From NCBI RefSeq assembly GCF_009914755.1, contig NC_060929.1: a stretch of DNA of 64,000 nt; one strand, given 5' to 3'. Both the position numbers and the translations under genes were made by a program. Under the pieces are notes generated by a model that did not search any database, was not told the DNA's origin, and was given only the letters and a program-made list of their open reading frames with translations. This document shows positions 45,403 through 59,315 of this stretch, piece by piece. The stretch is from the human T2T-CHM13v2.0 reference genome, Homo sapiens. Numbering within the stretch: position 1 is the stretch's first letter; each line of letters begins with the position of its first letter.

Positions 45403-45734
45403 GAAGACTTATTATAAGAAAAGATCTCCTGTGATTATGAAGGCTGACAATCTGAGTATTTCTGGGGTGAGTTGAAATGTTGGAGGCACACACAGAAGAA
45501 CCAATAGTGTAGTTCCTGTTTGAGTCCAAAAACTTGAGAACCAGGAGAGCTGATGGTGCAATTCCAGTTTAACAACTAGCAGGATGAAGACCAAGGAGGA
45601 GCTGATATGTCAGTCTCAGTATGAAGGTAGGAAAAATTCTCCCTTACTTGGAGGAGGTTCGGCCTTTTTGTTCTATTTAGCTCCTCAGCTGATTGGATGA
45701 AGCCCACTCACATTAGGGATAGCTAGCTGCTTCA

Positions 45735-46464
45735 TGGTCATCCTCCCTTATCTGCAGTTCTGCAGTTCCATTAACCCATGGTCAAGCATGATTCGAATAT
45801 GTCAAACAGGAAATTTCAGAAATAATTCATAAGTTTTAAATTACATGCCATTTGGAGCAGCATGATGCAATCTCACAGCATCCCACACCTTCCCTGGTAG
45901 GACGCTAATCACCCCTTTGCCAACAGATCCATGCTGTATACACCGCCTACCCCATTAGTCACTTAGTAGCTGCTTGGTTCTTAGCTTGGCTTTTGCAGTA
46001 TAGCAATGCAGCAGCAGTGCTGGTGTTCGAGGACCTCTTATTGTACTTCACAATGGCTCCAAAGTAGAATAGTGGTGATGCTGATAATTCAAATATGCCA
46101 AAAATAAATTTTAAAGTGCTTCCTTTAAGGGAAAAAGTGAAAGTCCTCAACTTAACAAGGAAAAATATTGTATGTTGAGGTTGCTAAAATTTTCAGTAAA
46201 AGCAAATTTTCTATCCACGGAATTGTGAAGAACAAAAGAAATTCAGGATAGTTTTGCTGTCCCACCTCAAACTGCAAAAATTACAGCCACAGTGTGTGAT
46301 AAGTGCTTGGTTAAGATGGGAAAGGCTTTACATTTGTGGGTGGAAGAAATGAACAGAAATATGTCCCAACTGACAGCCATGAGATTCAGAACTATTTGTG
46401 GTTTCAGGCATACACTGAAGATTTTGGAAGCTATCTCCCTTCCAAGGATAAGATGAAACTACTG
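45735..46464 (+). mobile_element. MER44 (Tigger7-derived) element
   Basis: gtcatcctcccttatc...aattcataagttttaaatt...ggataagatgaaactactg followed by TA. Confidence 0.82.
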
Positions 46465-48920
46465 TACTCAGTGTACCAATGCACAAGTTTATCTCATCCA
46501 AAACACCCTCACAGAGAGACCCAGAATAATACTAAATAGCTAAGTACCCAGAGGACCAGTTGCACACAAAATTTATAATTACCTGTAGTTAGAGTCCAGT
46601 ATAGTAAAAATTTTTGATATCTGCATAGAATGCTGTCAAATATATAGAAACTGCAGTTTTAATGTATACAGTGACTTAAAATTTAGAGTAGATTTTCATA
46701 ATTTTTTATACCATTGAATCTTAACAATTTTTTATGGTATATACTCTTACCTTTATTTTTCGAAGTGACTATATATATAATTAAATTCTACTTTGATTGT
46801 TACAGAGGATGACATTTTTCTGTTATGTTAATTTTATTTAAATTATATTTATGAATTTATTTTCCATATATTCCATACTGTAAACTAGTTTATAGTAGTT
46901 TTTGATATATGCTAATAATGTTTATAACTAGAATATAGTGTTTTCTTCTGCAGCATTTGCTGATTGAATAAATACATATTACTATTGGTTATATGCTGGT
47001 CTACAATGCTCTAGTTTGATACTATATCCAGATGAATACAGGTACAAAATGATAAGTGAGTAATTAATGAATAGATGCCGTTTAATTATACACAAGTGCA
47101 GGGTATAGAGCTTCTGTTTGATATCACAGTTGATTTCAGTAGAGCTAATCACCAATATTATAAAATTAACCTTTCTAAATATTTTAACAACTTCTGAATT
47201 TATCATTTAAAATGGTACATGATTAATAAAAGGTCAAATTATTCTGTGATCATCAGAAGCTCATATGTATATTATCCTTAAGACATAGATTTTCAAGTTA
47301 AATATTTTAGTATCCACATAAAGAAATTATCTAAACATCAGTGGTATTCCTCTTTGACAAATAAAACCATAGTACTTGAAAATTTCTTTATTATTTTGAT
47401 AAATGTTGAGACTTATACCATAGCCACTTGGATTGGAAGTGTTTATCATGGAAGAAAAGGGTATGGGCTTTCTAATCAAATAGTCTAGAATATTCTTTTA
47501 AGCTTTAGCACTTACGAGTGACATAATCTCAAGCAATTTACCTCCTAATGTTCAGATAGGTGGGTGATAGACAGGTACACATCTAGTACAGAGTTTGACA
47601 CAGAATAATTGCTAAATTAATACAAGTTTATTCTTTCCCATAAATTTTGCATCTTGTTGAATTGTGTGTATTATCCATGGGTTGGAAAACACAGAGTGAA
47701 AGCCAGAGAGAGAGAGAGAACGCGAGGGAGCACAAAAGAGTATCTCTGGGGAAAACCTAACTATCTGCATACAAATGCTGCCTCCACTTTCGTTATGATT
47801 AAGTTAAAAATAAATTATTGTTGTTGATTAATATATTCAGAAATAAACTTTTAAGTTAAACCATTGCTATTTTATAATTCAAATAACAATAGTTTACTTT
47901 CCATTTTCTTCAAACTTATAAAATATATTAATAATTATATGCCTTTAAAAGTAAACTCTCTCTATATGGAAATGGAAATACAATATATTGTTTAAGATTG
48001 AACACTGGTAACATAAACACTGGGGATTAATGAAGTATCTCTTCCTTTCCTTTATGCTTTCTCTACTAACTTATACCTTTCTCTAGTAAGGCACAGGTAA
48101 CATTTTATATTCATACTTTGACAATAAACTTTATATAAAAAATTTGCCTTATCAAACCTAACAATGAAAGATCTGCCACAATCTAACAGCACAATACTTG
48201 CTTATTCAATTCAATCATTCCTATATTCAAATTAAAATTATATTTCATCTTAAGTTCTCAATTTGCTACTTGAGTACCATAAAACAAGCTGGATTATGAT
48301 CATCATCATATCCAACATATTCTGAAGACATGGGAGATGACTGCTAATCAACTATGAAAAAATTCTGACTATAATACTAGCAGTAAGAACAGGTGAGGGG
48401 CAATTACAATTCTGCAGAGGGAAAGAAACACAATGTAACACACATGATTGATGTTTCTCCACTTAGCTTATTTTTAATAGTACAAACATGGCCAATTTTT
48501 ATTTATTTCGACAGGCTTTAACACATGCACATTTGAAAAATTTTAATAGTCTTGATATTTTGTTTTTCAGAAGCGAATATAAAAACATTCATATTAATGT
48601 TACACTTTTAATGCCTTTTCTGACTTTTTAAAAGAGAGACTCAAAATGCATTCTGATCCATATTAAAATGTTTGTTTTGTAACAACAAGCCCTATGACAT
48701 TATGTCTTACAATATTATGTGTGCTAATCTCCCGAGACCTCTTGCCTTAATAAATTGTCAACCAACTGGGAGGTGATTTTCATTCTTGACATTCAAAAAT
48801 CCCACTTCAAAGTAAAGTGCTGTCATAATGGGAAGCTTAATTCAAATTAACTAAAATCAGAGAGTCAGAGTTTTCTGAAAGCAAAACAGAATCCAAGAAA
48901 CTTTTGTCATGTAAGCACTC

Positions 48921-49743
48921 TGTTGTGGTGAATTCCCATAGGTTTATGTTGTCTTGGCATCCATTTTGAATACAAGTTTAATTTCTTCATACCAGAAGCA
49001 GAGTCCAATTACCCTTAACACCGTTTCTAGATCTACATCCCACTGACACGGGTCAAACATGGGCCAGAGATAAGAACTTAGAAACATCTTTTCTGACTAG
49101 TATATTTGACTCCCTGCTTTCTTGCCACTTTTTTAAAATGGAAAATTTAGGCATTTGTCCTTGAACTTGAAGTCACCCACACTCTATTCCCTTTTATATA
49201 CCACTAGTTACCACTCACTCAATCTCTCTCTGTCTTTTTGCTTGACTCTTCATTCCTGTCTTGGATGACCCAGGGACAGAGGACTGCCCTCATTATTCTT
49301 TCCCTGCCCAGGTTCAAGTAGAAATCTTTGAACTAGTTTCCTGTCATGGTGGTATATGGAATATGTGCCTTCCACTTGGAAAACTAGGGGCTTCTCCAGC
49401 CCAGGATTTCCCTGGAACACCAGGGGGAACACAAGGTCAGGCTCTCAGCACCACAGTGATGGTCAGACAGGCATAAAACTGGACATGCTCACACAAGAAC
49501 CACACACAAGGGCCTCTGACAGTATAAACAAGTTTCTTGTGCAAGGACCTGTACCCCGTTTCCCAGGTATCAGATTGGACCACTAAGCATAAGGCCATGT
49601 GCCAGGTAAAAGAAGTATCTCATGGCAGACACCCTGTAAACACTCACATCCTGTTCCTCTTCATTTCATGTTAAGACAGGGTTGCTAGGGTTGCTAGCCA
49701 CTCTGGTACTGGAATCCCAATTTAGCTAGGCACTCTCAAAGCA
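48921..49743 (+). mobile_element. Old ERVL LTR (MER54/MER73/MER74-like)
   Basis: tgttgtggtgaattcc...ggtactggaatcccaatttagctaggcactctcaaagca; TG..CA ends; family from memory. Confidence 0.6.
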
Positions 49744-51113
49744 TCTATAAAGTCTAATTCTTTTTACTTTTATTAATGTTTGTACAATATCAAGTTAACA
49801 TAAATGTTCTCTTACATGTGTGCCTTTCATAATACTAATTCTTGTAGAAATGAAAGCCTCTCTAAAGCCATTTTAAGAATTTAAATAACATATACAAGCA
49901 CAATTACCTTGAAGATCTGAGAATGGTATCTCCAGCTAATGCTGTTATTCCTTAGTGGTATTTGCCTAAGTGAAGTGAAAAATAGTCAAGAAGGGATGTA
50001 GAGTTGTTTGCAGGATGCTTTTATGAACTTAACACATCAATTGAATCAAGTCACAAGGTAGACACCTGTGTCCAAAAAGCCCTTTTGAATGTCTGACAAC
50101 TAAATGGCCAAGTAAATATAAATATTTTTGTCTTGAATGCTTTCTTGAGAAAATGTTTATTAGTTTTCATATGGATGATGGTTAAGCTATTGCATATATT
50201 TATTTTAAATCGTAAACACTATTGCTATATTTACTTTTCATTTATTTAGAAGCAAATATATTGCAGGATAATATGTTAACTTTGAACTATAAGTATGAAA
50301 TTTGAAGTATTGTCCACTAAGATTAACTTTTATATACTTAATAGTATTGCCATTTTTTTCTGATAGAAAAATTAAAAGTGATAGTCACCTAATTATCACT
50401 AAATAATTATAGAAAGGTTTATACATTTATAGTTTTAAGTAGGAAAGGAAGCAAACAGTTATTCAGCTACTACATTCAAATAGTTTATAATTTATCATCC
50501 CTTTCTAGGTAATATTGCAGTTTATATTTACTAACAAAGAGTTATTTATTTAAGAATATGTAATAACATAAATTGAATTTATAAATAGTGAATTCAAATT
50601 ATTGCATGTACATTTTAGTGTCAGAAGGAAATTCAGATGGTAGTACCATTTAGTAAATAATTGTTTTGGGGCTGATCTTTTTTGAAAAAATAAAAGTAGT
50701 CTCTTCAGTTAATCAAATAACTAGTACTAGATACAAGTATTGAACACTTGAAGAAACACAGGTGTTTCCACAAAATTTAAAGAATAATTATTTCGTTCCC
50801 CAATATGTATGGGTGTCAGTGTTTTATCCAGAAGGAATAATATCACATTTAAGAATTAATTCAAAGAATAATAAATAAAATATAGTATCATAATAAAAAA
50901 CATTATCAATAGGGAAAACAAAAGCCTTGATAAGACCATAAAACTAATGATCAATTATAGATTTGTGTAGTTAATTTTAAAATATTAATAAAGGCAAAAT
51001 AAATGAATATGGATTTTTATGTGAAATATTATAGTGATTTCTTTTTCCAAAATCCTAGGTAATATAAAATAGAATGGGATATTTTGAGAATTGTTAATAA
51101 TGTCTTGAAACTA

Positions 51114-51466
<353 letters not shown>

Positions 51467-51483
51467 TTAAAATTTATGTAGAT

Positions 51484-51595
51484 CAGCGGCTCTCAAATGT
51501 GACCCTTGTTAGAAATGCATATTTTCAAGTCTACACCAAATTATGAATCAAAATTCTTCAGTGGGGACTTGCAATCTTGTAATCTGTCTTAACAA
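51484..51595. mobile_element. MER5-like fragment
   Basis: cagcggctctcaaa...cttgttagaaatgca...tgaatcaaaa. Confidence 0.5.
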
Positions 51596-52406
51596 AAAGT
51601 GATACTTTTTAAAGAAATGAATGGACTAAGTTTGTAAAATGCCCAGCGTGACATCTTGAATATATAAAAGCTCAAATGTATTGAAATTGCTTACAATTGC
51701 TACTCTTACAATTTTTTATAATTGCTATATTAATATTGTATTAATTGTATTTAAAAATATTTTTAGACTCATTTTGACTGAAGTCTTTTTTTATTGATCA
51801 GCATTATTTGTCTAATATTTATGTAGTATTGGTCTATGTCTTGAATTTCTACATGGAGGTATTGATTGATCTATGCACATACATCATCATTAGACTGATT
51901 TTAATTTTAACCCTTTGTATTACATATTACATTGTACTACCTTAGTGAGTACATCTTCTTGTTATCTTTCAATACATTCTTATATCATTCATTTGTGGTT
52001 CTGTGGGTTTTTTTTGTTTGTTTCATTTTTAACTCTTGTATATACATGACATGGTATTATATTCTGAGAAAACTGCAGTAGATAGTACAGAGTCCCTGTC
52101 TCACAACGTGTAGTTTTCAGTGAGAGAGACAGATCATGTGGTTTCACAAACCACTTTAGTAATTATCTCTTGCTCTCTAAGTAGGATGTATGATCTCTGT
52201 CCCCTTGACTTCTTAAGTATCTTTCTAAGAATTTCTCAAAATTTGCTACTTTAGATCATGAAATATCTTGCAGATAATTGGGAGAAGAAAAGGTGTTATT
52301 CTTTCCAATCTTAAAAAAATAATAATTAGAAAAATCTCTCTCCAACATTGTTTTCCTCTGTGTATTCTAGTATTCTGCCAGCTGACTATGATTTTGTGAT
52401 TGTTCT

Positions 52407-53352
52407 TGTGATGGTTAATTTTTATATGCCAACTTGGCTCGGCCAGTGTCTTAGTCCATTTATGTTGCTATAAAAGAATTCCACAGACTAGGTAATTTTT
52501 AAAAAAAATAAATTTATTTCTCACAGTTTTGGAGACTGGGAAGTCACATATCAAGGTACCAGCATCTGGCAAGAGCCTTCTTTCTGCATCTTCCCACAGC
52601 AGTAAACAGAATGGGAAGAGTGCATGAAAGAGGGAGTGGAAGAAGCCTATATTTATTCTTTCAGCAGGAACCAACTGTTGCAATAACTAACCCACTCCTG
52701 GGATAGTGACATTAATCTATTCATGACCTAATCCCCTCTTAAAGGTCCCACTTTTCAACAATGTAAAATTGAGGATAACGTTTTCAACACCAGAACTTTG
52801 GGGGACACATTCAGACCACAGCAGCCAGGTTGACATGTTTGCTCAAGCATTATTCTGAATGTTTCTGTGATAATATTTTTTGGTGAGATTTACATTAGGC
52901 TGGTGGACTTTAAATAAAGCAGATTTTTCTCCATGATATGAGTCAAGCGTATTCAATCTGTTGAAGGCCTAAAGGGAGCAAAAGTCTGACCTCCCTCTAG
53001 CAAGAGGGAATTATCCAGATGTCTGCAACATTGGCTCTTCTTGAATTCTCCAGAAGATGGCTTTTGTACTTAAGCCACAACTCTTTCCTGCGTCTCCAGC
53101 TTGCCAGCCCTCCCAGCCTCCACAAATAGATGTTGGACCCATCAAACCTCCACAATTACGCGGCCAATTTTTCAAAATGACTTATACACACACAAACACA
53201 CACACATATTTACTTGTGTTTGTATAATTTATTTTGAAAAATTTATTTTGAAATATATATATAAATAAGATATACATTATGTATTACATTTAGATAAAGT
53301 AATACATACATACACACCCTTTTTGGTTCCGTGTTTGAAGAATCCTAATACA
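52407..53352 (+). mobile_element. MLT2 LTR split by MST
   Basis: tgtgatggttaattttt...caatctgttgaaggcct...gaatcctaataca. Confidence 0.85.
52447..52823 (-). mobile_element. MST (MaLR) solo LTR
   Basis: tgtcttagtccattt...ggggacacattcagaccacagca; perfect TSD GCCAG. Confidence 0.92.
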
Positions 53353-53364
53353 GTGATTGTGAGG

Positions 53365-53386
53365 GTGTGTGTGTGTGTGTGTGTGT
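53365..53386. repeat. (GT)n microsatellite
   Basis: Seen directly. Confidence 0.9.
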
Positions 53387-53807
53387 ATTTAACTGTGTGT
53401 CTTGAGGGCCTATGCAGTTCCTCTGATAGCATATGAAATATATGGCAGGGGCTGCTTCATGACTAAGGTTAACTCCCTAAATGATTGTGAGTCCGACTGT
53501 AACTGCTTGTATGGCTGTGCTTGTGTTTTTCTATGGATGTTTGTGTTTTGGGGGTTAGTGTTAGGATAATAAGTGTATTTACATGGTATGAGGCAGAGAA
53601 TTGTTTATTTGTGAGAGATTCACTCTCACCTTCTGCTGCTAAAAAATTAATGTAATTCTGTTATGTGTAGAATAATAATAATGATAGGTAAAATTATAAA
53701 CTTAGATATATTTATTCAACCATTATTTTTGTATCAGATATTTATGCGTTACATCGTATTGTTAATGTTAGAGTGAAAATGGTGAACACAAATATTTCAT
53801 ATTTTTA

Positions 53808-54020
53808 TGAGATGAAGAGTCAGGTGGGGCCCTAAGAGATGACAAAAAACAGGCTCAGGAAAACAAAATTTATTATACTAATAGGTCTTAGAGACTGGAG
53901 GCATGGCATGACACTCAGGGCCACAAGAAAAAGACACCACGCTGGGCAGGAGAAAAAATGGTGGCAAGGAGGAGGCTTGGATTAGAGCCTTTATTGGGAT
54001 TTCTATGAAAAAGAAAAAGC
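53808..54020. mobile_element. ERVL LTR fragment (MER76/MER21-like)
   Basis: tgagatgaagagtcaggtggggcc...cagggccaca...agagcctttattg. Confidence 0.4.
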
Positions 54021-55529
54021 AGAGTTCACTGGGGCGGGGGACTCACCTTGCAGACCCAATGGGATAGGGGAAGTCTGGCCTTTTGGAACCACTGGGGTGG
54101 GAGTACCATCATCCAGAACTGGGGGTGGAGGTCCCGCCCCCACAGCTCTACCCGGCAGAGGTCATACCTTCAGGACTCTGCCAGGTGGCCCTGTCTTACA
54201 GCTCTAGGTGGCTGTGACCCCACAGCTTTGGGCAGTAGCCAACTGGCCTTTGAAAATAAGGCATTGTACCCTCTCTTGAAACCAAAAATGCAGCCCTAAT
54301 AATCTCTGAGTCACCTTTGGTGTCATTTTTTCCTCTGCTTGAAGAATAGTATATGTTCTCAGTCTAATAGCTCTGTGGTCCCATTCAGAAAAATCTCAGA
54401 AGTCCAAGTCTATTTTTATTCCTTACCATCTTCTTCCCCTTCAGTTCCAGCTGATAGTTTTCCTCCTGGCATGGCTGATTTAATTCACAGTTTACACTCA
54501 TACTAATCTTTTTGTCAGACAAATGTTTGGCCACACTCTTAGTTCTCCCCTAAATATACTTATTTAGATTTTACAATATGGATAGGATGAGAAATTTTCA
54601 AATCTTTTAAGTTCTCTTTTTGCTCTGCTTACCAATTTTATCTATAAGTCATTTATCTCTTCTTGAATTTTATTACAAGTAGTCAAGCCGAACCAGACCA
54701 CTCCTTCAAACAGTTGACTTAAAAATTGCTTCAGCTAAATATCCAGTTACATTGCTCAGAAATTCTCCCTTTCACAAAATACTAGAATATGAACACAATT
54801 CAGTCACGTTCTTTACCACTTTATAATAAGGATTGCCTTTTCTCCATTGTCCAATAGCTTGTTGCTTGTTTCCATCTGACATCTCATGAGAAGAGCCTTT
54901 CTTATCTACAGTCCTGCAAACATTCTGTTCAAAATTACTTAGATATTCTAAAAGAAGACTGAGGCTTTTTATAGAGCTCCTCCTTGTTTTTTTTCTGGTC
55001 CCTCATCAGAACCACTCTTCATGGTTCAATTATGGCAATGCAGGCTTCTAGCATTCACCTCAAAACTCCTCCAGTCTCTGCACATCACCCAGTTCTAAAA
55101 TTGCTTCCACATTTCTAGGTATTTGTTACAACAGCACCCCCATTTGTCAGTACCAATTTCTATCTTAGTCAGTTCAGGCTGCTATAACAAAAATAGCATA
55201 CACTGGGTAGCTCATACATGTAAAGAAGTATTTCCCAGTGTTCTGTAGGCTGAAAAGTCCAAGGTCAATGCACAAGCAAACTCAGCATCTACTGAGGGCC
55301 TTGTTCCTATGGCTTATAGATGCTCATTTTCCAACTGTGTCCTCACATGGCAGAAGAGATGAGGAAGTTTTCCAGAGTCTTTTCTATAAGGTCACTAATC
55401 CCGTTCTTGAGGGCTCTGCCCTCGGGACCTAATCACCTATCATAGGATGCATCTCGTATTACCATCATTTTAGGAGTTAGAATTTTAACACACAGATTTT
55501 GGGGAGACACCCACATTCATTCCATAGCA
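54020..55529 (-). mobile_element. Partial MaLR provirus: internal region (~54020-55160) plus LTR (55161-55529)
   Basis: cagcaccccatttgtcagtaccaatttc|tatcttagtcagttcaggctgctataac junction is typical of MST/MLT1A int-LTR. Confidence 0.85.
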
Positions 55530-56237
55530 GTAAGAGAGGCTGTATTTTTCTCATAAGAAAATGTTTTATTGTTTGTTTTCTGTTTTTATTTAAAATGTCA
55601 TAACCTGATGGCATGCCAAAACTATACATATATATACACACATATACACAAAACAATAAACAATATAGTCTTATTGACATTATTATAGTTTGTTAAAAGG
55701 TACAGCAAAGAACAAGTAAGTAGAAAAACAATTACTAATTTCGCTTGGTGCTGTAAAGTAGAACAAGTGAGATTGTACTCAAGTGTAAGAGAGGAAGGCG
55801 ATCAATACATGACTCTCTGGGAAGGTAATATTTAAGGTGAACATTGAAAAATGAAAAGGAATTAATTGTGCAAAGAACTGGGGTGAGACTGACACTAGTG
55901 GAGAAAATAGTGGTCATAGCCAGGGCAGGAGAGAGCTCAGCTGATTACAAATAGAAAGATCATCATTGTGAACTACAGTATTTGGTTATTCCTTGAGTCA
56001 TCTTTAATGTGCCAACAAAAAACACACTTGCCAAACTTGTCAGCTATCCAGACCTACGTATTTATTTTTAGCAACTGAACAACCAAAAAAAAATTTAGAA
56101 TTAAAAATGGCTTTTTAGACCTCAGAATTCATAAATGTTAAGTGATGAATTTCAACTTAGCACTTAACGAATCCAAACACTTCCTACATCAAGATCTACC
56201 TAAACTCTGTTCTCTAACATTTATATTCACATCTTCC

Positions 56238-56513
56238 CATTTTGGGAGGCTGAGGAGGGAGGAAAGCTTGAACTCAGGAGTTCAAGACCAGCCTGGGAAA
56301 CAAAGTGAGGCCTCATCTCTATGAACAATAAAAAAATTAGCCAGGCATGGTGGCACGTGTCTGTGTTGCAACTACATGGAAGGCTGAGGTTGAAAGGTTG
56401 CTTAAGCTCGGGAGATTGAGACTGTGGTCATCCATGTTTGTGCCACTGTACTCCAGCCTGGGTTAGAGAGTAAGACTCTCTCTCAAAATAATTAATTAAT
56501 TAATTAATTAAAA
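56238..56513 (+). mobile_element. AluJ, 5'-truncated, (TAAT)n tail
   Basis: gcttgaactcaggagttcaagaccagcctggg; highly diverged. Confidence 0.88.
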
Positions 56514-56884
56514 AGTTCACTTTTTCCTAGGCCTACCTTTCCAGTCACTTCTCAGTTTACCTTATTTATATGGAAATGTGTTTTTGAGAAATTACCTGAT
56601 TATTTTCTGAGCTCAAGTTTTTTTCTCATATCTAATATTTACCTTACTTATTGTTTTTGCTTTTATTTAGCTCTCTAAAATGTATCCCTGATTTGATTTC
56701 CAGCTTAAATCCTACCAGAATAACTATTCAGCCTACCCAGAATAAATTATGCTTTCATTTTAACTCTTATATTGAATATCTGTAACATTTAATTAGCTAT
56801 TAACCAAGCACTGCCTTCTATTAAGTCCTTGAGTTGTTCTTGCTCTTGTTATTTCTATACTTACGTATTTAAGCTTCATCTCAC

Positions 56885-57282
56885 TGTTAAATCAAGTTTA
56901 GCCTAAAGCTGCCTCCTTACATATTTTAAATTTGGCCCAAAGTTTTCTCTGTACATAATGAACTATAACCTAAATAGAGTCATAAACAGACTTCAGACTA
57001 CTGTCGTGCCAGTCACTGAGTTGTGGCCAAAGGTGGCTAGCTGTTCAAGTTGTGTTCAAATAAGGCAAACACCGAGGTGTAACCAATCCGGCTGTTTCTG
57101 TACCTCACTTACTTTATCTGTATCGTCACTTTCCTTTTTCTGTCCATAACTCTTCTTCCGCCACATGGTTGAGCTGGAGTCTCTGTGCCTACTCTGGCTT
57201 TGGAGACGACCTGACTTGCGAAGCCTTCTTTGCTCAATTAAATTCTTTTAAATTTAATTTGGCTAAAATTTTTCTTTTAACA
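56885..57282 (+). mobile_element. MER57-like ERV1 solo LTR
   Basis: tgttaaatcaagtttagcctaaagctgcc...tttcttttaaca; TSD tcac/ccac. Confidence 0.85.
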
Positions 57283-57521
57283 CCACTGAATACAACGTAA
57301 ATTTAGGTTACAGAAAATGCCTTATCATATTTGTAAGCCCCACAGTATTTAGTTGGACATTTTAAAATGTATTTTCACCTGTGGGAAAAGCATCACTGGA
57401 AAAAAAAATTAGGCCTATTTTCCAAATTACTGTTTTTTAGCACTGCAAGAAGGACATTTCCCAGGCTCTCAAAACACAGAGTTGAGGCAATCGAAGTCAA
57501 TTAATTAATGGCAAAGATTGT

Positions 57522-57962
57522 TGTTATGGGTTGAATTTCTTTTTTCCCTCAGATATATTTGAAAGTTCTAACCTTCAATATCCGTGAATGGGATCTAATT
57601 CGGAAGTACAGTCTCTGCAGATGATCAAGTTAAGATGAAGTTTTAGCGTCAAACCCAATCCAATATTACTGCTGTCCTTATAAAAAGAAAAAAAAATGGA
57701 CATAGAGACAAACGTGTAGAACGGTAAGATGGTGTGAAGACACAGGGAGAATGTCCTGTACAAATCAAAGAACACCTGAGGCCACCTGAAGCAAGGAGAG
57801 GTGCATAGAAAAAAAACTCCCTCACAGCTCTCAGAAATAACTGACACTGCCATCACATACACTTTAGACTTCCAGCCTCTAGAGCTGTCAGAAATAAGTT
57901 TCTGTTGCTTAAACCACTCATTTTGTTGTTCTTTTTTATGGCAGACCTAGCGAATGAATACA
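57522..57962 (+). mobile_element. MLT1B-like LTR
   Basis: tgttatgggttgaatt...agacttccagcctct...atggcagacctagcgaatgaataca. Confidence 0.85.
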
Positions 57963-58111
57963 TGTATTTAATACAATATTTTAAAATGAATTTAAATTCA
58001 ATTTAAATCTGTAAGTTTGCAAAAATATTACTTTGTAAAAGCAAAGTAAACAATTTGTGTGTGTTTGTACTTCAGCTTATATAGAGGGGAATCAAACTAA
58101 AATGGCTCTAA

Positions 58112-59250
58112 GTGTATATATTATATATACATATATATACTTAGTATATATTCTATATATATACTATATATAGTATACTATATATATGGTATATATACTA
58201 TACAGTATACTATATATATGGTATATATACTATACAGTATACTATATATATGGTATATATACTATACAGTATACTATATATAGTATATATACTATATATG
58301 TATATATATTGTATGTATACATATTATATATATGTGTATGTATATAGTATATGTATATATATGTATACAGTATACTATATATAGTATATAGTATATATAA
58401 TATATATAGTATATATGTATATATAGTATACATGTATATATACTATATATAGTATATATACTATATATAGTATATATGTATATATAGTATACATGTATAC
58501 ATACTATATATAGTATACATGTATATATGTATATGTATATATGTATATGCATATATGTATATATGTATATATGTATATGTATATATGTATATATAGTATA
58601 TATGTATATACTATACATATATAGTATATATACTATATATACTATATAGTATACTATATAGTATATATAGTATACTATACACATATAGTATAAATATACT
58701 ATATATACTATTATATATACTACATATAGTGCATATATATACTATATATTATATATTCTATATATATATTCTATATATACTAAGTATATAATAATAAATA
58801 TATTTAAATAATATAAATTTATTAAATGTACTTTTAAATAATATAAACATTTTAATAATACAAATGTTTTAAGTATATATAATGTATATATTAATTTATA
58901 TATCACATATAATATATAATATATTAATTTATATGTCATATATAGTATACAGACTTATATAATATAATTTATATATTTATATAATATAATTTATATTAAT
59001 TTATATTATATATAAATACATATATACTATATATACTTACATAGTACACATTACTTATATATACTTATATAATGTAATTTATATTAATTTATATGTCACA
59101 TATATAGTATATATTATATATTAATACACCATATATTAATGAGAACATTTATATTATTTAAATGTTTATATTATTTAAATGTACATTAATACATTTATAT
59201 TATTTAAATATATTTAATACATTTATATTATTTATCTATATACATATAGA
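58112..59250. repeat. ~1.1-kb TA-rich low-complexity/minisatellite tract with inverted segments
   Basis: Tandem tatatatatggtatatatactatacagtatac units, (TA)n variants, inverted arms. Confidence 0.95.
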
Positions 59251-59254
59251 TACA

Positions 59255-59315
59255 TGAGAGAGACAGAAGAAGGAGGAGGAAGAAAAAGAGAAGGAAGAGG
59301 AGGAGGAAGAGGAGC
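59255..59315. repeat. Purine-rich (GAG/GAA) tract
   Basis: Seen directly. Confidence 0.8.

Larger units (their letters stand above)
45168..46583 (-). mobile_element. MLT2 LTR carrying a microsatellite and a MER44 insertion
   Basis: tgtattagtcagggttctccagagaaacagaaccaat...aaacaccctcacagagagacccagaata. Confidence 0.85.

Noticed and set aside
58242-58939. Tyr/Ile-rich ORFs
   Set aside because: Translation artefacts of TA repeats.
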